A stretch of 64,000 bases of DNA from an uncultured Propionibacteriaceae bacterium (GTDB taxonomy: Bacteria; Actinomycetota; Actinomycetes; Propionibacteriales; Propionibacteriaceae), in contig CADCUO010000076.1 in NCBI GenBank assembly GCA_902805915.1, forward strand, positions 7,807 to 71,806, given 5' to 3'. The notes under the pieces were generated by a model. That model did no database searches. It saw only the letters and a program-made list of their open reading frames with translations, and had not been told where the DNA came from. How positions within the stretch are numbered: the stretch's first letter is position 1; each line of letters starts with the position of its first letter. The translations under genes were made by a program, and so were the position numbers. Below are positions 1 to 8,566 of the stretch, piece after piece.

Positions 1-207
1 GTGGAGGTGCTGGCCTCGATCACCCACCCGGCTCACATCACCGAGATCAGCGAGCTCTTCGACATCGCCTTCGACCCCGGCACTGCCGCCTGGCAGCTCG
101 ATGCGCAGGGGACCTGGAAGCCGGTGACCGTCGATAGCGCGGGCCGACCGCTCACCGATATGCAGGACCTCCTCATCAACGCCAAGAGCCGGCGCCGGGC
201 GAAATGA
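1..207 (+). CDS. ppk1: Polyphosphate kinase 1, C-terminal fragment (5' truncated by window edge)
   Basis: VEVL...AWQLDAQGTW...DMQDLLI resembles the actinobacterial Ppk1 C-terminus; ppk1-mutT1 adjacency is conserved. Confidence 0.8.
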   Translation: MEVLASITHPAHITEISELFDIAFDPGTAAWQLDAQGTWKPVTVDSAGRPLTDMQDLLINAKSRRRAK

Positions 208-247
208 GCTGTCGAGCGACGGCTCGGCACCAGCGCCGTCACAGCGC

Positions 248-1123
248 ATGAAGCTGATCCTGGCCGGCGGTGCCGTGGTTACCCGCGAGCACCCGACCCG
301 GGGCACCGAGGTGGTCATCGTGCATCGCAAGCGCTACGACGACTGGAGCCTGCCCAAAGGCAAGACCCGTGGCGGGGAGTCGATCCCGGCGGCGACCGTC
401 CGGGAGGTATGGGAGGAGACTGGCGTCAAGATCCGCCTCGGGAACCCACTGGACACGATCCGCTACCAGACGCCCAAGGGCGACAAGCGGGTCGACTACT
501 GGTGCGGCACGGTCCTTGACACTGTCCGCCGCGCCCCTGACTCAGAGGTCGATGTGGTCGCCTGGCTGCCGCTGCGCGCTGCCATGAGCCGACTGACGTA
601 CGCCCACGACCACTTCCTGCTGAACCAGTTTCGCGAGCAGCCGCCGACGACGCCGCTGCTCATCGTCCGGCACGGAAAGGCGATGGACCGCAGGGACTGG
701 TCGAAGAACGACTCGCTGCGGCCTCTGGTCACCCGCGGCCGACGTCAGGCCAAGCTCCTGGTGCCGATGCTGGGCGCTTTCGGCGTCAGCGCGCTGATCA
801 GCTCCACCTCAACCCGGTGCGTCACCACGCTCGCCCCGTACGCCGAGGAGCACGGCCTACCCATCGACCGCTACAGCAAGCTGAGCGAGGAAGAGGGAAG
901 CGGGGACGGCCGGGGCGTCCGCAAGGTGGTCGCAGCCATCCGTGACCGAGCCCTCGGCACCGGTCAGCCACTGGCCATCTGCATCCATCGCCCGGTGCTG
1001 CCGCACATCTTGGATGCGCTCGGCGTGGTGCCGATGGACCTGGTCACCGGCGAGTTCGTGGTGGCGCATCTCACCGCCAGCGGCGAGGTCCACGGGATCG
1101 AACGGCACCGACCAGACGCCTGA
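248..1123 (+). CDS. mutT1: NUDIX hydrolase fused to histidine phosphatase domain (MutT1-like)
   Basis: Nudix box WSLPKGK...REVWEETG plus RHG motif (VRHGKA). Confidence 0.88.
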   Translation: MKLILAGGAVVTREHPTRGTEVVIVHRKRYDDWSLPKGKTRGGESIPAATVREVWEETGVKIRLGNPLDTIRYQTPKGDKRVDYWCGTVLDTVRRAPDSEVDVVAWLPLRAAMSRLTYAHDHFLLNQFREQPPTTPLLIVRHGKAMDRRDWSKNDSLRPLVTRGRRQAKLLVPMLGAFGVSALISSTSTRCVTTLAPYAEEHGLPIDRYSKLSEEEGSGDGRGVRKVVAAIRDRALGTGQPLAICIHRPVLPHILDALGVVPMDLVTGEFVVAHLTASGEVHGIERHRPDA

Positions 1124-1141
1124 CCCACCCGTACGCGCATG

Positions 1142-1163
1142 GTTCATCTTCTGTTCACGTTGC
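1142..1163 (+). promoter_or_regulatory. PHO box (two 11-nt direct repeats)
   Basis: GTTCATCTTCT / GTTCACGTTGC at 11-nt period upstream of pstS; matches the Streptomyces PhoP GTTCA repeat unit. Confidence 0.75.
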
Positions 1164-1291
1164 AGGGCCCAACCGGTTACGTGCGTTGCGTAGGTTTTCG
1201 ACCAAGGCGGGGGCGTCTGGTCCTCGACAGGCGGGCAATGTTGCCTCCGTACATCCGGGGCTTGCGCCCCTCAAGCCTTTGAAGGACACGC

Positions 1292-2455
1292 ATGAGCATG
1301 AACCGTCGAGCAGCCTCGCGTTTGTCGAGTGTTGCCGCAGTACTTGCGATCGGCACGCTGGGCCTCACCGCCTGCGGCTCCGATCCCGTCACCGCCGGCG
1401 CTGAGCCAGGTGCAGCTGGTGGCTCCGGCTCAGCCGGTGGCTCCGCCAGCGCCTCCGACCTCACCTGCGCCGAGGGCAAGCTGACCGCTGAGGGCTCCAG
1501 CGCCCAGGCGAACGCCATCAGCGAGGTCATCTCCCAGTACAACGCCGAGTGCGGCGACAAAGCGTCCATCGAGTACAACCCGACCGGCTCCGGCGCCGGC
1601 ATCAAGTCGTTCTACAACGGCCTGGTGGACTTCGCCGGCTCCGACTCAGCGCTGAAGAGCGAGGAGAAGGACGGCGTGGTGGAGACCGAGAAGGCCGAGC
1701 AGCGCTGCGAGGGCAACCCGGCGTGGAACCTGCCCATGGTGGTCGGGCCGATCGCGTTCGCGTACAACGTCGACGGTGTCGACAAGCTGGTGCTCAACGC
1801 CGAGGTCCTGTCCCAGATCTTCAACGGTGAGATCAAGACCTGGAACGACCCGAAGATCGCCAAGCTGAACTCCGGCGTCACCCTGCCGAGTGAGAACATC
1901 ACCGTCTTCTTCCGCTCAGATGAGTCCGGCACCACCGAGAACGTCACCAAATTCCTGGCGGCAGCCGGTGAGGGCGCCTGGACGGACGAGCCAGGAAAGA
2001 GCTGGACCGGAACCGGGGAGGGCAAGAACAAGTCCTCTGGTGTGGCGGAGGGTGTCACCAACACCAAGAACTCCATCTCCTACATGGAGTGGAGCTACGC
2101 CAGCGACAACTCCCTCAAGATCGCCCAGCTGGACAACGGCGCGGGGCCGGTCGAGCTGACCGGGCAGGCTGTCGCCAAGGCAGTCTCCGAGGCAGAGATC
2201 AAGGGCTCCGGCAACGACCTCACGCTCGAGGTCAAGTACGCCGGCACCGCAGAGGGCGCCTACCCGGCTCTCCTGGTGACCTACGAGATCGTCTGCAGCA
2301 AGGGCCTCGAGGCTGACAAGACAGCAATCGTCAAGGACTTCCTCTCCTTCTTCGCCAGCGCCGACACACAGGCGGGCCTGGAGGAGCTGGGATACGCCCC
2401 CCTGCCAGACGAACTGCGCAGCAAGGTGGAGACTGCAGTCAAGGCCATCCAGTAA
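1292..2455 (+). CDS. pstS: Phosphate ABC transporter substrate-binding lipoprotein
   Basis: Lipobox LTAC; GSSAQ, TGSGAG, DFAGSD and RSDESGTT motifs. Confidence 0.96.
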   Translation: MSMNRRAASRLSSVAAVLAIGTLGLTACGSDPVTAGAEPGAAGGSGSAGGSASASDLTCAEGKLTAEGSSAQANAISEVISQYNAECGDKASIEYNPTGSGAGIKSFYNGLVDFAGSDSALKSEEKDGVVETEKAEQRCEGNPAWNLPMVVGPIAFAYNVDGVDKLVLNAEVLSQIFNGEIKTWNDPKIAKLNSGVTLPSENITVFFRSDESGTTENVTKFLAAAGEGAWTDEPGKSWTGTGEGKNKSSGVAEGVTNTKNSISYMEWSYASDNSLKIAQLDNGAGPVELTGQAVAKAVSEAEIKGSGNDLTLEVKYAGTAEGAYPALLVTYEIVCSKGLEADKTAIVKDFLSFFASADTQAGLEELGYAPLPDELRSKVETAVKAIQ

Positions 2456-2482
2456 CCCATCTGTCCCGATTCACAGTGCCAG

Positions 2483-2519
2483 AATGGCCTTCCCGCCGAC
2501 GACCGGCGGGAAGGCCATT
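2483..2519 (+). terminator. Stem-loop after pstS (partial terminator or mRNA stabiliser)
   Basis: Perfect 16-bp inverted repeat AATGGCCTTCCCGCCG / CGGCGGGAAGGCCATT with 5-nt loop. Confidence 0.75.
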
Positions 2520-2537
2520 GCACAGTCAGGAAGCGCG

Positions 2538-3623
2538 ATGTCTGTCACCAGAACCGGCAACACCGAGGCGCTAGACCCGGAACAGTCGCCGTTGGAGCAG
2601 CATGGGGACGTGTCCACCCCCATGCCCAAGCTCCAGGTGCGGTCCCGACCTACGGTGGCGACGGGGACCAGCGAACCCAGGACTGGGGTGCGACTGGCCA
2701 AGATCCGCCGGACAGGTGACCGCGTCTTCTTCGGGATGTCCACCGGGTCGGGCGTGCTGATCGTGCTCCTGGTCGTCTTCGTCGGCGTGTTCCTGCTGGC
2801 TCTAGCCCTGCCCAGCCTGCTGGCGAACCAGGCGAACTTCCTGACCTCCCGGGAATGGACGGTGTCTGGTTCGGAGCTTCGCTTCGGGATAGCCGGTCTG
2901 CTGTGGACCACTGTGCTCTCCTCGGTCGTTGCGATGGCCATCGCCGTCCCGATCGCCATCGGCGTCGCCTTGTTCATCACCCAGTACGCCCCCCGCCGCG
3001 TCGCCGGGCCGCTGGCTTTCACGGTCGACCTGCTCGCGGCTGTCCCCTCGATCATCTTCGGTCTGTGGGGGATCGCCGTGCTGGGGCCCCTGCTGGTGCC
3101 GACCTCGGACTGGCTGAGCAGCCGGCTCGGCTTCATCCCGATCTTTGCGCCGGGCATCCGTTCCCCAGGCACGGTGTTCGTGGTCTCGGTAGTGCTTGCG
3201 ATCATGATCCTGCCGATCGTCACCGCGATCTCCCGCGACGTGTTCACCCAGACGCCTCGCGACCACGTGGAGGCGGCGTTGTCCTTGGGCGCCACCCGGT
3301 GGGAGATGATCCGCACCGCGGTACTGCCGTACGGTCGCTCCGGGGTCATCAGCGCGTCCATGCTCGGCCTTGGTCGTGCGCTCGGGGAGACGGTGGCGGT
3401 GATGATCATCTTGTCCAAGCCGGCCGACAACTCAGGCTTCGCACCCTCGCTGTTCGCCGGCGGTGAGACCTTCGCCAGCAAGATCGCAAACAACGCGGCT
3501 GAGTTCGACACCCCCTCCAAGACCGGAGCGTTCATCGCCTCCGGCCTGGTGCTGTTCATCGTGACCTTCGCCGTGAACGCCGTGGCCAGAATCATCTCGG
3601 ATCGGGGGCACGCGAGGTCATGA
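2538..3623 (+). CDS. pstC: Phosphate ABC transporter permease PstC (start uncertain)
   Basis: LLAAVPSIIFGLWG, EAALSLGATRWE, GRALGETVAV; ATG 2538 chosen because 2484 lies inside the stem-loop. Confidence 0.95.
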   Translation: MSVTRTGNTEALDPEQSPLEQHGDVSTPMPKLQVRSRPTVATGTSEPRTGVRLAKIRRTGDRVFFGMSTGSGVLIVLLVVFVGVFLLALALPSLLANQANFLTSREWTVSGSELRFGIAGLLWTTVLSSVVAMAIAVPIAIGVALFITQYAPRRVAGPLAFTVDLLAAVPSIIFGLWGIAVLGPLLVPTSDWLSSRLGFIPIFAPGIRSPGTVFVVSVVLAIMILPIVTAISRDVFTQTPRDHVEAALSLGATRWEMIRTAVLPYGRSGVISASMLGLGRALGETVAVMIILSKPADNSGFAPSLFAGGETFASKIANNAAEFDTPSKTGAFIASGLVLFIVTFAVNAVARIISDRGHARS

Positions 3624-3691
3624 GCGCATCCTCCACAGGTAACCCAACCCGCAGCGCCGTCAGCTATCGCATCGAAGGGGTTCGGCCATGA
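3620..3691 (+). CDS. Putative 23-aa mini-ORF bridging pstC and pstA (MSASSTGNPTRSAVSYRIEGVRP)
   Basis: ATGA overlap with the pstC stop at 3620-3623 and ATGA overlap with the pstA start at 3688-3691. Confidence 0.45.
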   Translation: MSASSTGNPTRSAVSYRIEGVRP

Positions 3692-4587
3692 GCGTCACCA
3701 GTACCGACCAGGTCACCTTCACCCGACCCAGCGGTGCGCGCGCCGTCAAGAACTCCCTCGCCACCGTGTGCGTGTCGCTGGCTGCAGTGCTGGCCATCAT
3801 CCCGCTGGTGTCAATCCTCTACTCGGTGATCAGCAAGGGCTTCTCCTTGATCGTCAGCTCTGGCTGGTGGACCCTGAGCCAACGGGGCATCACTCCCCGG
3901 CGCGAGGGTGGCGGCATCTACCACGCCGTCGTCGGCACCGTGGAGATCGCGCTCATCTGTGCCCTCATAGCGGTACCGATCGGCGTACTCGGGGCGATCT
4001 TCTTGATCGAGTATGCCCGGGGCAAGAAGGCGGCCCGCATCGTCAGCTTCACCGTCGACATCCTCAGTGGCGTCCCCTCGATCGTCGCGGCGCTGTTCAT
4101 TTACGCCCTGTTCATCACGATCTTCGGCTGGGGCCGCTCCGCGATTGCCACCTCCTGCGCCCTGGTGCTCCTGATGCTGCCGACGGTGCTGCGATCCACC
4201 GAGGAGATGCTCAAGCTGGTACCCGACAGCCTGCGAGAAGCCGCGTACGCCCTTGGCGTGCCGAAGTGGAAGACCATCCTGCGGGTGACAGTTCCGACCG
4301 CCTTCAGCGGGATCTCCACCGGTATCGTGCTCGGTCTGGCCCGGGTGATGGGTGAGACCGCACCGCTGCTGATCCTGGTGGCCTATGGCCAGGGGATCAA
4401 CTACTCCCCCACCTCTGACGTGATGGCGGCCCTCCCGACCATGATCAACTCCGGCAGGGACCAGGCGCAGCAGATGCCTGGCTACGAGCGGGTCTGGGGT
4501 GCCGCGCTGTCGCTGATCCTGATCGTGATGGCGCTCAACCTGCTGGCCCGGGCCATCGCCCGGATGAGCAAGCTGCGGGAGAAGTGA
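3688..4587 (+). CDS. pstA: Phosphate ABC transporter permease PstA
   Basis: GVPSIVAALF, REAAYALGVPKW, ARVMGETAPL. Confidence 0.95.
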   Translation: MSVTSTDQVTFTRPSGARAVKNSLATVCVSLAAVLAIIPLVSILYSVISKGFSLIVSSGWWTLSQRGITPRREGGGIYHAVVGTVEIALICALIAVPIGVLGAIFLIEYARGKKAARIVSFTVDILSGVPSIVAALFIYALFITIFGWGRSAIATSCALVLLMLPTVLRSTEEMLKLVPDSLREAAYALGVPKWKTILRVTVPTAFSGISTGIVLGLARVMGETAPLLILVAYGQGINYSPTSDVMAALPTMINSGRDQAQQMPGYERVWGAALSLILIVMALNLLARAIARMSKLREK

Positions 4588-4649
4588 TGACCCCCACCTT
4601 TGACAGTTACCTCGGCTTCGCCAGACAAGAATCGGATGGGCTCTGACAC

Positions 4650-5426
4650 ATGGCTAAACGCATCGACGTGAACAACGTCGACATCTTCTACGGTAACTTC
4701 CACGCTGTCGCGGAGGTCTCCATGACCGTTGAGCCGCGCACGGTGACCTCATTCATCGGGCCGTCGGGTTGCGGTAAGTCGACCCTGCTGCGGACCTTGA
4801 ACCGGATGCATGAGGTCATACCGGGCGCTCATGTCAAGGGCAGCGTCCAGCTCGACGGGACTGACCTGTACGCACCCGGGGTCGACCCGGTGGCGGTACG
4901 GCGAGTCGTCGGCATGGTCTTCCAGCGACCCAACCCATTCCCCTCGATGTCCATCTTCGACAACGTCGCCGCCGGACTGCGGCTCAACGGGGTGAAGAAC
5001 AAGGGTGTGCTCACCGAGGCGGTCGAGCGTTCCCTCGTCGCCGCCAACCTGTGGAACGAGGTCAAGGACCGGCTCGGCAAGGCAGGAATCGGACTGTCCG
5101 GGGGCCAGCAGCAGCGCCTGTGCATCGCCCGCGCCATCGCGGTGGAGCCGCAGGTGATCTTGATGGACGAGCCGTGCTCAGCCCTGGACCCCATCTCCAC
5201 CCTGGCTATCGAGGACCTGATCGGGGAGCTGAAGGAGAAGTACACCGTCGTCATCGTCACCCACAACATGCAACAAGCCGCCCGGGTGAGTGACCAGACG
5301 GCCTTTTTCAACCTCGCAGCCCAAGGCAAGCCGGGCAAGCTGATCGAGATCGGTTCCACGGAGAAGATCTTCTCCAACCCCGACGAGAAGGCGACCGAGG
5401 ACTACATCACTGGCCGTTTCGGCTGA
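4650..5426 (+). CDS. pstB: Phosphate ABC transporter ATPase
   Basis: Walker [30 protein letters not shown]-terminal DYITGRFG. Confidence 0.97.
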   Translation: MAKRIDVNNVDIFYGNFHAVAEVSMTVEPRTVTSFIGPSGCGKSTLLRTLNRMHEVIPGAHVKGSVQLDGTDLYAPGVDPVAVRRVVGMVFQRPNPFPSMSIFDNVAAGLRLNGVKNKGVLTEAVERSLVAANLWNEVKDRLGKAGIGLSGGQQQRLCIARAIAVEPQVILMDEPCSALDPISTLAIEDLIGELKEKYTVVIVTHNMQQAARVSDQTAFFNLAAQGKPGKLIEIGSTEKIFSNPDEKATEDYITGRFG

Positions 5427-5472
5427 GGTCCACCGTGGCACAGCTGCCCGACCGGCGACATAAACTGCTCTG

Positions 5473-6408
5473 GTGAGCGCTCCAGCAGGGTGGTACCCGG
5501 ATCCAGGTGGCGGCCAGGGCCTGTTCCGCTACTGGGACGGCAAAGCCTGGTCGGCAGCGACCTCCCCATATCCCAACGCTGCGCCGCCTGCACAGAGCCT
5601 GGTCGATGCGCCGGTGCCAGACCCGTCAGCCGGCGCTGCTCCGCAGCGGCAGCACCCGGCGTTCGCTGAGAGCGGTCCCAGCGCTTACGCCCGCTATCAG
5701 CAAGCCACCAAGAAGCGGTCCGGGACGGGATGGTGGATCGGCGCGGCGGCGCTGCTGGTCGTGGTTGTCATCGTTGCTGTGGTGGCCATCCGCTCCGTCA
5801 CCGGCGCCACTACGACCGGTACCGACCCCGGCGTGGGTCAGGGTACCCAGAACACCTGCCCCGACTCCGAGACGCCGTCGGTTCCGCCGCCCAGGCCCAA
5901 CGACGGCCGGGTGCACGGCGGCCCTGTCTCCTACCCTGTTCTGGGATCACCGTGGAGCCGACCCACTTACGAGCACCGGGTCCCCTTCGGCCGCGACGTG
6001 CTCAGCCAGGTCGTCACCGTCGAGTCCGACTACGACGGACTAGGCAACAGCTGGGTTGCCTCGGTGCTGGTCGGCGAGCTCCAGGCCGGGGACGGCTTCT
6101 TCACCCCCGAGCAGGGTTCCCAGATTGTGGTGAGGTGCATTCTGGGCAAGTTCTACGGCCTGAACCCGGTCAACAGCAACGTCACCGTCAACGAAGGCGT
6201 CAGCATCGACGGTCACGACGGCTGGCTGGTCGAGTCCAAGCTCACCTTCGACATCGAAGGTCTGCAGGTCAAGGGTGAGCTGCTGATCGTCGCCATCGTC
6301 ACCACCGGATCCACCGCTGGCTTGTTCTACGCCTCCATCCCCGACAGCCGACCCGAGCTGGTGCAGCCGGCCCGGGAGGCCTTGAGCAACCTGCAGGTGG
6401 ACGGCTGA
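5473..6408 (+). CDS. DUF2510-type membrane protein
   Basis: N-terminal GWYPDP...RYWDG.AW motif, one TM helix, extracytoplasmic domain; -10 TAAACT 6 nt before the GTG. Confidence 0.8.
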   Translation: MSAPAGWYPDPGGGQGLFRYWDGKAWSAATSPYPNAAPPAQSLVDAPVPDPSAGAAPQRQHPAFAESGPSAYARYQQATKKRSGTGWWIGAAALLVVVVIVAVVAIRSVTGATTTGTDPGVGQGTQNTCPDSETPSVPPPRPNDGRVHGGPVSYPVLGSPWSRPTYEHRVPFGRDVLSQVVTVESDYDGLGNSWVASVLVGELQAGDGFFTPEQGSQIVVRCILGKFYGLNPVNSNVTVNEGVSIDGHDGWLVESKLTFDIEGLQVKGELLIVAIVTTGSTAGLFYASIPDSRPELVQPAREALSNLQVDG

Positions 6409-6430
6409 CTCAGGCTGACACAAAGTGTGG

Positions 6431-7756
6431 TCAGCGGCAGTCGGCCAGCCCCCGCCGTGCCTTCATCTGCAGCACTCGGGCGGCGTGACGGGTGAGCTGA
6501 TCGGCGAATGCAGGGTCCGACCGCGCCTGCTTCCTCACTGCTGAAGCCATGTCGGCCAGCAGGGATGGGTCCCCAACGATCATCAGATCCCCGCCCGCGC
6601 TGAGGAACCGGACGGCACGCTCACCGGGAGCGAGGTACTGCACCGCCTTGGCCGCCAGGTCATCAGAGATGACAACACCGGTGAAGCCGAGGTCGCCACG
6701 AAGCATCCCCTGCACCACCGTGGTGGAGAAGGCAGCGGGGCTCTCCCGGTCGATGAGGGCGTAGTACGCCGACGACATCATCACCATGTCGGTGCTCGAC
6801 TCCACCGCCGCACCGAACCCGGCCAGGTCGTGGTCGGTGCGGCTGGTGCTGGAGTCGACCACCCGAGTCTGGAAGTCTGTGTTGCCGCGCACCTTTCCGA
6901 GCCCCGGGAAATGCTTCACGCTGGTGAGGATGCCGGCCTCCCCCATCCCAACCGTGAACGCGGCAACCTTTTCCGCAACGATCCCCACGTCAGGGCCGTA
7001 GCCGCGCCTCAGCACACCGATCGGCTGGTTCACCTGCTCGAGGCGGCTCGGTACGACGTCAGCCACCGGCGCCAGGTTCGCATCGATGCCGGCCAGCTTC
7101 AGCTGGCGTCCCCAGCGTTCCGCGTTGCGGCGCAGGCTCGAACCAGACTGCTCAGCCTGCTCGATCGCACTGGGAATCCGGTCGAACCCGTCGCCTTGCA
7201 GCCGCTGCACTTGACCGCCCTCCTGATCCGCGGCCAGCAGCGGCGCGACCCCGGCCGGGGCTCTCATCGCGTCGCGCACAGCTGAGGTGAGGCGACGTAC
7301 GCCGGCCACACCGACCGTGGTATTGCCGAGCAGGATCGTGCTGCCGACGTGTGCGTCGGCCATTGCCGCCGGCTGACCGGGCCCAAGCCCGGTTCCGGTG
7401 TCCACTCCCACCATGAACAGCTGCCCGACCTGCTGGGTGAGGCTGAGCGAAGCGGCCAGTTTGATGCAGGGGGTGCCCACCGAGTCGGAGGGCCTTGCGG
7501 ACGTGCCTGAGGCAGTCGGCACGGGTGTCGAACGATTCGATGTGGGCGTGGGAGTGACTGAGGCAGTCGGCACAGGTGTTGAGCGCGTGGGTGCCGGCGT
7601 GGGAGTGCCGGAGGGAGCAGGCACAGGTGCCGAGCGCGCCCCGGTCGATGGCTGGCCCGGTGACACGTTCCCGCAGCCCAGCACGGTCGCTGGCAGCAGC
7701 AAGGCGAGCATGCCTCCGGCAAGAACGCGGCATAGGGGACGGCGGAAAGGGGGCAT
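6431..7756 (-). CDS. Glycoside hydrolase family 3 lipoprotein (NagZ-like)
   Basis: ADQEGGQVQRL, NLAPVADV, KHFPGLG, ISDDL; lipobox VLGC; Pro/Thr linker. Confidence 0.9.
   Translation of the reverse strand: MPPFRRPLCRVLAGGMLALLLPATVLGCGNVSPGQPSTGARSAPVPAPSGTPTPAPTRSTPVPTASVTPTPTSNRSTPVPTASGTSARPSDSVGTPCIKLAASLSLTQQVGQLFMVGVDTGTGLGPGQPAAMADAHVGSTILLGNTTVGVAGVRRLTSAVRDAMRAPAGVAPLLAADQEGGQVQRLQGDGFDRIPSAIEQAEQSGSSLRRNAERWGRQLKLAGIDANLAPVADVVPSRLEQVNQPIGVLRRGYGPDVGIVAEKVAAFTVGMGEAGILTSVKHFPGLGKVRGNTDFQTRVVDSSTSRTDHDLAGFGAAVESSTDMVMMSSAYYALIDRESPAAFSTTVVQGMLRGDLGFTGVVISDDLAAKAVQYLAPGERAVRFLSAGGDLMIVGDPSLLADMASAVRKQARSDPAFADQLTRHAARVLQMKARRGLADCR
7507..7638 (-). repeat. 51-bp coding tandem repeat, about 2.6 copies (Pro/Thr linker)
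   Basis: Encodes RSAPVPAPSGTPTPAPT / RSTPVPTASVTPTPTSN / RSTPVPTASG. Confidence 0.8.
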
Positions 7757-7911
7757 CGCGACGTCCTCCTCAATCGGGGCGGGGCCGGTGCGTTCACGGC
7801 TTGGGCGCTACCTGACAGTAGCCGCGACGCTGCCCTAGGGTTACCTCCGGTGCAATGGCGCGCCAAGTTCTGATGAAGCCCAAATGATCTGCCACAAGTC
7901 GGAGGACATCC

Positions 7912-8493
7912 ATGTCGAGCATCACCAGCGTAAGCCCGCGCACCCTGGCCGACGCCATTCCCGGCGGCCTCGTCCGCAACATCGCTCTGGTCGCCGGTGG
8001 TGCCGGGTTCGTGGGACTAGCCGCCCAGGCTGCAGTCCCACTGCCGTACACGCCGGTACCGCTGACGTTGGGGACCTTTGCGGTGCTGCTCACTGTCGCA
8101 GTGCTCGGCAGCAAGCGAGGTCTGCTCTCCATGGGGCTCTACGCGGTTGCTGGAATGGCGGGCATGCCGTGGTTCTCTGACGGGCGCGCCGGCTGGGCCT
8201 TCGCCTCCTTTGGCTACATCCTCGGCTACATCCTGGCGGCAGCCCTGGTGGGCAAGCTCGCTGAGCGCGGCGGTGACCGTACCACCCTCAAGGCTGTGGG
8301 AACGATGCTGCTGGGCAACCTGGCGATCTACGCCGTCGGCGTCCCGTGGCTGATGGCACAGAGCGGTATGGACCTGGCCACGGCACTGGCCAAAGGCGTG
8401 GTCCCGTTCCTGATCGGTGACGCCATCAAGACCCTCGTGGCCGCCGCCCTGCTGCCCGCCACCTGGAAGGTCGTCAACTCCCGCCAGCAGTAG
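7912..8493 (+). CDS. bioY: Biotin transporter BioY
   Basis: PVPLTLGTFAVLL, G.PWFS.G, SFGYILGY, PFLIGDAIK; SD GGAGG. Confidence 0.93.
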   Translation: MSSITSVSPRTLADAIPGGLVRNIALVAGGAGFVGLAAQAAVPLPYTPVPLTLGTFAVLLTVAVLGSKRGLLSMGLYAVAGMAGMPWFSDGRAGWAFASFGYILGYILAAALVGKLAERGGDRTTLKAVGTMLLGNLAIYAVGVPWLMAQSGMDLATALAKGVVPFLIGDAIKTLVAAALLPATWKVVNSRQQ

Positions 8494-8510
8494 TAGCTGG
8501 CGAGCACAGC

Positions 8511-8566
8511 CCCAGATCAGGCCCGCCCAATCAGTCCAGCCCGATCAGTCCGGCCCAATCAGTCCA
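8511..8566. repeat. 14-bp tandem repeat, about 4 copies, including the mtr stop codon
   Basis: CCCAGATCAGGCCC / GCCCAATCAGTCCA / GCCCGATCAGTCCG / GCCCAATCAGTCCA. Confidence 0.75.

Noticed and set aside
7757-7911. Riboswitch or BioQ/BirA operator upstream of bioY
   Set aside because: No recognisable palindrome or aptamer consensus seen.
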